Below the pieces are notes generated by a model. It had not been told where the DNA came from, did no database searches, and saw nothing but the letters and a program-made list of their open reading frames with translations. A program made the position numbers and the translations under genes. Source: Terriglobia bacterium (GTDB lineage Bacteria > Acidobacteriota > Terriglobia > 20CM-2-55-15). From it: 64,000 bases of DNA. The DNA is taken from positions 704,001 to 768,000 of the forward strand of contig CBDAOY010000006.1 in the NCBI GenBank assembly GCA_965198225.1. Direction: 5' to 3'. This document shows positions 61,464 through 64,000 of the stretch, piece after piece. Position 1 is the stretch's first letter, and the number at the start of each line of letters is the position of its first letter.

Positions 61464-63725
61464 TTGGGTAAGGAAAATACCTATAAGGATCTGCCGATCG
61501 GCGCCCGCATCGCGATTGCCGTGTCCGTTACGGTCGGTGTGGGACTATTCTCTATCTCGCTGATCCGTTTCGACTGGACCCAGTACTGGGCGTTTTTGTT
61601 CATCCTGGCGGTAGCCGGCGTCACGGCCAACACCACGGTTCGGCTACTGGGCGGCTCGTCGCTGTCCCTTCTGACTTCCGTTGTCTTGATGTCGTTGATT
61701 TCATTGGGTCCGGATGGGGCCGTGATGATCGCCATCTGTGGGGTGGTCTTCCAGACCGCAGTGCCGGCCCGGACGGTCTTTTCCTACACTCTGGCCTTCA
61801 ACGTCGGGATGATCGGTGCGACGGTATGGGGCGCCGGGCGCGCGTACCAATTGCTCAGCGATTACGCTTCCGCAGGCTCGCTGGTCGCACTGCTGGTGGC
61901 GTCGCTCGTCTATTATTTTGGCAACTCCGTCTTCGTTTCGATGATCGTGGGGCTGTCGAGCCGAAAGTCGCCGTTCAAGATCTGGCACGACCACTTCCTG
62001 TATACCGCTCCGGCATTCTTCATGGCCGGGGTTCTGGCCTTCGCGGCCAATGAGATCTTGAAGTCGGTCCACTTCAGTGTGCTGCTGGTGCTCGCGCCGA
62101 TCCTTTATTTCAGCTACTACTCCTACAAGGTCTACCTGGAGAACCTCCAGAGCGAGAAGAAACATGCCGAGGACATGGCCCTGCTCCACGGGTCGACGCT
62201 CGAGACTCTCGTCCTGGCGATCGACGCGAAAGATCGGAACCAGGGACACGTCGTCCGTGTCCAGAAATACGCCAGGGAACTCGCCGTAGCCATGAAGCTC
62301 GACGAAGAAGAAGTCGAAGGGATTGCTGCCGCCGCCCTGCTTCACGATATCGGGAAGCTGGCCGTGCCCGAGCATATCATTAAGAAGAAGGGCGCACTGA
62401 CCGCCGAGGAGATGGCGAAGATGAGGCTGCACCCGGAAACGGGCGCCGACATCATCGCCAATATCAAGTTCGCGTATCCGGTCTCCGACACCATCCGTCA
62501 CCACCACGAGCGCTTCGACGGCTCAGGCTATCCCGCGGGACTCAAGGGTGAAGACATCCCGCTCGGCTCGCGGGTGCTGGCTGTTGTGGACTCGTGCGAA
62601 AGCTACATGTCGCGTCACCAGGGTCGAGCCGACGATTCCATGGCGATGCTGGAGCGAGATTCAGGAACTCATTTCGACGCCACGGTCGTGGCGGCATGGA
62701 AAGAGATCTACCGCGACGTCCTTGATTCCGGAGTCGACACGACCGCGACGCCGGATCAGATGGCACCTTTCCAGGACATCGGGCGAGCAGCGTCGGAAGT
62801 CGAGACGCTCGACGAACTGGCGGAGACGGTCAACGCGATGGATTCGGTTCAAGAGATCGCGGCGACCGCGACCCGGATGCTGGAAGGGATCGTGCCCAGC
62901 ACCGCAGTTTTCTGGCTACCCAACGGTGACGAAATCGTGACCTGTGTTGAGGAGGGAGAAGACGCGCAGATGTTGCCGATCGGAGCCGGTGTGTCGGGCT
63001 GGGTGGCCGCCGAGCGCAGTTCGTGCGTGAACATGACGGCGAACTTCGGTCCATACAAGGGTTCCCGCGTCGTTGCGGTCCCGGTTCTGTTCGAAGACGA
63101 GCTTCTCGGAGTGCTGTCGGTCTACCGCGGCAACCCGGAGTTCAGCGACGACGAGGTCCGGCTCGTGACCGCTGCCGCCGACCGTATTGCGAGCAGCCTC
63201 CAGAGCGCCAGCGCGCTCGAAGTCGTGCGGCGGGACGCCACGTCGGACCGCCTGACCGGTCTGGCAAACCGCAGGGCGCTGGAGAAGGCTTTCGAAACGA
63301 TCGCGGGCGGGTTCTCTCTCGTCCTGATCGACATCAACGCGTTCAAGGCTGTCAACGACACCTTCGGTCATCAGGCTGGTGATGACGCCCTAGTACGGAT
63401 TGCCGAGCACCTGCAGACTACGTTCGATTCCTCGGACATCGTCTGTCGGCTGGGCGGGGACGAGTTCCTCGTTGCCAGTGAGGAATCTTCCTTCGCGCTG
63501 CGGAGAAAGGTCCGGGAATTCAGGAAGATGGTGGCCCAGGATCCGGTCTTCGAACGGTACCAGAGCCTCGGATTCGGCGTCAGCTGGGGCGTGGCCGCTG
63601 CCCCCGACGACGGCCCCGACCTCGAGAAGGTGACCGCCGTAGCCGACGGACGGATGTACAACCTCAAGACCCGGATCAAGCAGAAAGTTCGCCTGGCCTT
63701 TCCTATGGCCCACGCCAGCCGGTAA
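61464..63725 (+). CDS. Multi-TM sensor + HD-GYP + GAF + GGDEF protein
   Basis: About 7 TM helices, HDIGK/HHERFDGSGYP, GAF-like GVSGWVA...VPV, DRLTGLANR, RLGGDEF. Confidence 0.92.
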   Translation: MGKENTYKDLPIGARIAIAVSVTVGVGLFSISLIRFDWTQYWAFLFILAVAGVTANTTVRLLGGSSLSLLTSVVLMSLISLGPDGAVMIAICGVVFQTAVPARTVFSYTLAFNVGMIGATVWGAGRAYQLLSDYASAGSLVALLVASLVYYFGNSVFVSMIVGLSSRKSPFKIWHDHFLYTAPAFFMAGVLAFAANEILKSVHFSVLLVLAPILYFSYYSYKVYLENLQSEKKHAEDMALLHGSTLETLVLAIDAKDRNQGHVVRVQKYARELAVAMKLDEEEVEGIAAAALLHDIGKLAVPEHIIKKKGALTAEEMAKMRLHPETGADIIANIKFAYPVSDTIRHHHERFDGSGYPAGLKGEDIPLGSRVLAVVDSCESYMSRHQGRADDSMAMLERDSGTHFDATVVAAWKEIYRDVLDSGVDTTATPDQMAPFQDIGRAASEVETLDELAETVNAMDSVQEIAATATRMLEGIVPSTAVFWLPNGDEIVTCVEEGEDAQMLPIGAGVSGWVAAERSSCVNMTANFGPYKGSRVVAVPVLFEDELLGVLSVYRGNPEFSDDEVRLVTAAADRIASSLQSASALEVVRRDATSDRLTGLANRRALEKAFETIAGGFSLVLIDINAFKAVNDTFGHQAGDDALVRIAEHLQTTFDSSDIVCRLGGDEFLVASEESSFALRRKVREFRKMVAQDPVFERYQSLGFGVSWGVAAAPDDGPDLEKVTAVADGRMYNLKTRIKQKVRLAFPMAHASR

Positions 63726-63766
63726 AAATCCCGAGATCTCTAATACGCCCGAAACCTCAGAATCGA

Positions 63767-63993
63767 GTGTAGGTGCGCTCTATGAGCGCACACGTTTCGG
63801 CCCGAAGAATGTGCGGTCATAGACCGCCCCTACACTTGCGTGTCGACATTGTCCGTAATGGTTACGGAATTCTTCGCCCGGGTGTAGGTGCGCTCTATGA
63901 GCGCACATCTTTTCGGTTCGAAGGATGTGTGGTCATAGACCGCCCCTACACTTGCGTGTCGACATTGCCCGTAATGTCATAGACCGCACCTAC
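63767..63993. repeat. Tandem REPIN cluster
   Basis: Two REPINs (63767-63834, 63881-63951) with a shared 3' tail, plus a half copy. Confidence 0.85.
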
Positions 63994-64000
63994 ATTCCCC

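Noticed and set aside
63767-63993. CRISPR-like repeats at the window end
   Set aside because: Units are inverted REP pairs also dispersed elsewhere, and the intervening sequences are not unique
1-64000. tRNA, rRNA, transposase or integrase genes
   Set aside because: None recognised by eye; tRNAscan, Rfam and HMM searches would be needed to exclude them

Overview
GC-rich bacterial chromosome segment, most likely Acidobacteriota (ADOP-type duplicated permease with PadR, acidobacterial VWA protein). It is mostly metabolic and transport genes: a RelE-type TA pair, two back-to-back complex II operons, hydantoinase A/B, a TonB-dependent receptor, GGT, a DPP-IV peptidase, alr, an osmoprotectant ABC transporter, an Nramp-like transporter and an acyl-synthetase/ACP/PlsC fusion. 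Intergenic regions carry several REP/REPIN and heptamer repeat families. Two accessory loci stand out. (1) 27.3-31.6 kb is a diversity-generating retroelement (VR, avd, TR, truncated RT) whose target is the C-terminal Lcl/C-type-lectin domain of a membrane-anchored STAND ATPase coupled to a TIR protein. (2) 54.5-63.7 kb is a tandemly amplified array of secreted subtilases with Trp-rich C-terminal repeats, plus a propeptide-only paralogue, each paired with a stand-alone HD-GYP gene and divergent from a membrane HD-GYP-GAF-GGDEF sensor. Four sigma28-like promoters lie in this second locus, which is a candidate protease/peptide-to-c-di-GMP signalling system. Three single-base frameshifts could be real or sequencing errors. 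All family calls are by eye from motifs; no database search was run.
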